Positions 16,035-18,430 of a stretch of 18,430 nt of DNA are shown piece by piece; the first letter of the stretch is position 1, and every line of letters begins with the position of its first letter. The notes below the pieces were generated by a model. The model had not been told where the DNA came from. It did not search any database and worked only from the letters and a program-made list of their open reading frames with translations. The stretch comes from Promethearchaeota archaeon (GTDB lineage: Archaea; Asgardarchaeota; Lokiarchaeia; Sigyniarchaeales; SOKP01): positions 1 through 18,430 of the forward strand of contig JAUVXW010000047.1 of the NCBI GenBank assembly GCA_030603385.1. The letters are read 5' to 3'. Both the position numbers and the translations under genes were made by a program.

Positions 16035-17126
16035 ATGGAAAAATCACAAAGATTAGTTGATCATGCGAACAAACGTTTTTCTGATATTATTTTGGATGGA
16101 CTCAAACTATTTTTTCAAAATTATGGGACTATAATTTTACCCCTTGCCTTCTTTCAAGTATTATTAATCATTTTAGATATCTTCATATTAACAGATCTTA
16201 AATGGTATATTGATTCCATAGGATTAAATTTATCAGATATACTGGAAAAATTCACCGATGAGGTAACTCTTACTGAAAGTGAATGGAATTTATTAACATC
16301 CTTTCTATTCCTGAATATTGGCTTACTGTTTCTTGAAAATTTAATTGGGGCAATAATTATTACATTAGCGATGTGTTCAGTTAGTAACTATATATTAAAA
16401 AGGCACCTACACATAGAAACGCGCTTTATACAATCTTTCAAATCAGCATTTAATAAGAAAATATTTTTAGTTATTTTAATAATAGGGATATGCATACCAT
16501 TAGGTTCTTTGCTGTTTTTTATTCCTGCCATTATCATATTTGGTTTTTATATTTTCTTGGTCTTTACTTATAATATGGAAGATATTGAAAATCCCCTCTC
16601 AGAAGCACGGAGTGTCGCAAAGGGAAATTTCTGGAAAATAATTGGTATTTTTGTTTTCAATTTTATCTTTATTTTCATATTTAGCTTTATATTTAATTCG
16701 ATTATAGATTTATTTTTAGATCCGAGTTCAGATACTTTCTCTTATAATTATAATTTATGGTTAGCCCCTAGCACTAGAAATTATGGAATGCTTATACTTT
16801 ATCAAATACTTGTAAGCTTAGTTGATATTTTACTTGCTACATTATTTATCTGCTTATTAACTTCGTTATTCACCTCTCTAAAAGCTAAAAAAGATTCAGG
16901 TTTTAGTTATCAAAAGCAGTATTTACCCGCTAGAGAGAAGTATGAAAAGGCATATTCACAACCATTAGAATTAACTCAAAGAACAGATGAGTCTATTGAG
17001 GAGGTTTCCACAACAACATTACAGTTAGAAGGTGAATTTTATTGTCCCTTTTGTGGGTATAAAATAAATGTACCTAAGAAATTTTGTCCTAATTGTGGAG
17101 AAGGTTTTTCATTTATAAATAAATAA
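16035..17126 (+). CDS. Membrane protein with a C-terminal zinc ribbon
   Basis: Five to six TM segments, a PLSEARSVAKGNFWKI loop motif and a C-terminal CPFCG-x7-FCPNCG. Confidence 0.75.
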   Translation: MEKSQRLVDHANKRFSDIILDGLKLFFQNYGTIILPLAFFQVLLIILDIFILTDLKWYIDSIGLNLSDILEKFTDEVTLTESEWNLLTSFLFLNIGLLFLENLIGAIIITLAMCSVSNYILKRHLHIETRFIQSFKSAFNKKIFLVILIIGICIPLGSLLFFIPAIIIFGFYIFLVFTYNMEDIENPLSEARSVAKGNFWKIIGIFVFNFIFIFIFSFIFNSIIDLFLDPSSDTFSYNYNLWLAPSTRNYGMLILYQILVSLVDILLATLFICLLTSLFTSLKAKKDSGFSYQKQYLPAREKYEKAYSQPLELTQRTDESIEEVSTTTLQLEGEFYCPFCGYKINVPKKFCPNCGEGFSFINK

Positions 17127-17147
17127 TTATAGAGGTTTTCATGAAAA

Positions 17148-17939
17148 ATGTATATACATATCGAGAAAAAGTTTGATATAGAACCAGAGAATATAAAAAA
17201 TCCTGTGATTCTCATTGGATGGCCCGGGATTGCTTTAGTTGCTAAACTAGCTATTACTTCAATAAAAGATTCTATTAAAGCTAAAGAGTTTTTGACTATC
17301 CAATATTTCGATTTTCCAGCAAAGTCTGTCGTAGAAAAAGGATCCTTAGAAATACCAACAGCACAACTATATTATAAACCAACTGAAAAAGAAGATGGAA
17401 ATGACTTCTTTATTTTAACAGCAACTTATCAACCCCAAACCCCAGAAGGTGTTTTTGAGTTTTCCAAAATATTTTGTGAAGAAATGGATAAAATTACAGG
17501 AGGAAAAATTAAAATGTATCTAAGCACTGGAGCAATGATCTCTGATATTGTCCATGATTCTCCCTCAGTATATATATGTGGTACGGATCAAGATCTTGTA
17601 TCCACTTTCCTTGAATTTGAAAATACAAAATTATATGAGGGTGGATATATTTCAGGAGCAAATGGAATAATACCTGCTTATGCTGGTGCAAATAATTTTG
17701 CCCCAGGAGTTTGTTTGTTGGCAGAAACATTACCATTACCTATGATGACTTTAGATCCTCGTTCATCAAAAGCCCTAGTTTCCTTATTGAAAGAATATTT
17801 CTCCATAGAAATGGATTTCAGTACACTAAATGAAAAAATTAAGGAAATGGAAATTGTTTTTGAATCATTTAAGAAACAAGCCGATCGTTTTATGAAACCA
17901 CCTCAAGAAGATAGAGGTCCAGACTCTTATTTTCGCTAG
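17148..17939 (+). CDS. PAC2 family proteasome assembly chaperone-like protein
   Basis: PVILIGWPGIALVAKLA, DFPA, YQPQT, ISGANG, GVCLLAET, DPRSS and a C-terminal ...DSYFR. Confidence 0.88.
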   Translation: MYIHIEKKFDIEPENIKNPVILIGWPGIALVAKLAITSIKDSIKAKEFLTIQYFDFPAKSVVEKGSLEIPTAQLYYKPTEKEDGNDFFILTATYQPQTPEGVFEFSKIFCEEMDKITGGKIKMYLSTGAMISDIVHDSPSVYICGTDQDLVSTFLEFENTKLYEGGYISGANGIIPAYAGANNFAPGVCLLAETLPLPMMTLDPRSSKALVSLLKEYFSIEMDFSTLNEKIKEMEIVFESFKKQADRFMKPPQEDRGPDSYFR

Positions 17940-18122
17940 AGTTTCTATTATATAACTACACCATATTATCTCTTTCGATTTTTATCATAAAGAGAAAAAT
18001 TTTACTTATTAATTAGCTGTGAGCTTAATCTTAACATTCTTCTTTTTTTTTATAAGATTTAAAACTCATTAAAAATTCAAAACTAGTAATATCTAATAAT
18101 TATAAAAGTGAATGTGAAAAAA

Positions 18123-18430
18123 ATGAAACTTATAAAATTATTTGAACCTTTAAAAATTCAGGATTTGGAAATAAAAAATCGAATTGTTATGCCAGCTCTT
18201 GGTTTGGGTTACACACCTAAAGGAGAAGTTAATGATGTTTTCAATAATTTTTACGAAAAACGAGCGAAGGGTGGAGTAGGATTAATTATAATTGGTGGAT
18301 TAGGAATTAATCCTAATAGTGGAGGTACACCATATATCGGAGACGATAAATTCATTCCTGGATATACAGCATTTGCCGAAAAAATGCATAAACACGGTGC
18401 TAAAGTCATGGCACAAATAATGCATCAAGG
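18123..18430 (+). CDS. NADH:flavin oxidoreductase / Old Yellow Enzyme family (FadH-like), N-terminal part; continues beyond the right edge
   Basis: Hand translation: MKLIKLFEPLKIQDLEIKNRIVMPALGLGY...FYEKRAKGGVGLIIIG...MHKHGAKVMAQIMHQ(G). Not in the ORF track. Confidence 0.9.
   Translation, partial: MKLIKLFEPLKIQDLEIKNRIVMPALGLGYTPKGEVNDVFNNFYEKRAKGGVGLIIIGGLGINPNSGGTPYIGDDKFIPGYTAFAEKMHKHGAKVMAQIMHQ

Noticed and set aside
17132-17150. Out-of-frame ATG at 17141 with GAGG upstream, 7 nt before the PAC2 start (possible frameshift or uORF)
   Set aside because: The PAC2 ORF appears complete from 17148, and the alternative frame closes after 11 codons. It cannot be told apart from chance or a one-base homopolymer error.
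360-17736. Short overlapping ORFs in the track (360-548, 1498-1698, 1859-2107, 2606-2854, 4703-4945, 5633-5839, 6265-6477, 6897-7169, 8787-9005, 10688-10918, 11350-11568, 12110-12316, 14701-14961, 17509-17736)
   Set aside because: All lie on the opposite strand or in an alternative frame of well-supported genes and show no recognisable motifs. Treated as shadow ORFs.
1-18430. CRISPR arrays, tRNA/rRNA genes, insertion sequences, integrases
   Set aside because: No regularly spaced repeats, no GC-rich structured RNA segments in intergenic regions, and no transposase or integrase motifs seen.

Overview
AT-rich archaeal chromosomal window, most likely from an Asgard archaeon of the Lokiarchaeia/Promethearchaeota type. 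This assignment is inferred from a Loki-CTERM-like 'IPGY'+TM anchor, an Arf/Rab-like small GTPase, and the archaeal genes NreA, DUF2070 and PAC2. There are 17 complete CDSs and two cut by the window edges: a flavodiiron protein (FprA/NorV-like) on the left and an NADH:flavin oxidoreductase on the right. Both partial genes are missing from the ORF track and were translated by hand. I saw no rRNA, tRNA, CRISPR array or mobile element. The most interesting part is the minus-strand block at 12013-13942. It holds a stand-alone seven-transmembrane protein with predicted N-out/C-in topology and an Arf-like small GTPase. Translationally coupled to the GTPase (ATGA overlap) is a protein that looks like a uDENN/longin domain (C9orf72/NPRL2/FLCN-type 'FDxxxGP' start, candidate arginine finger) fused to a winged helix-turn-helix. 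This is a candidate receptor to GTPase to transcription-regulator module. All family calls come from motif recognition by eye; no database searches were run.
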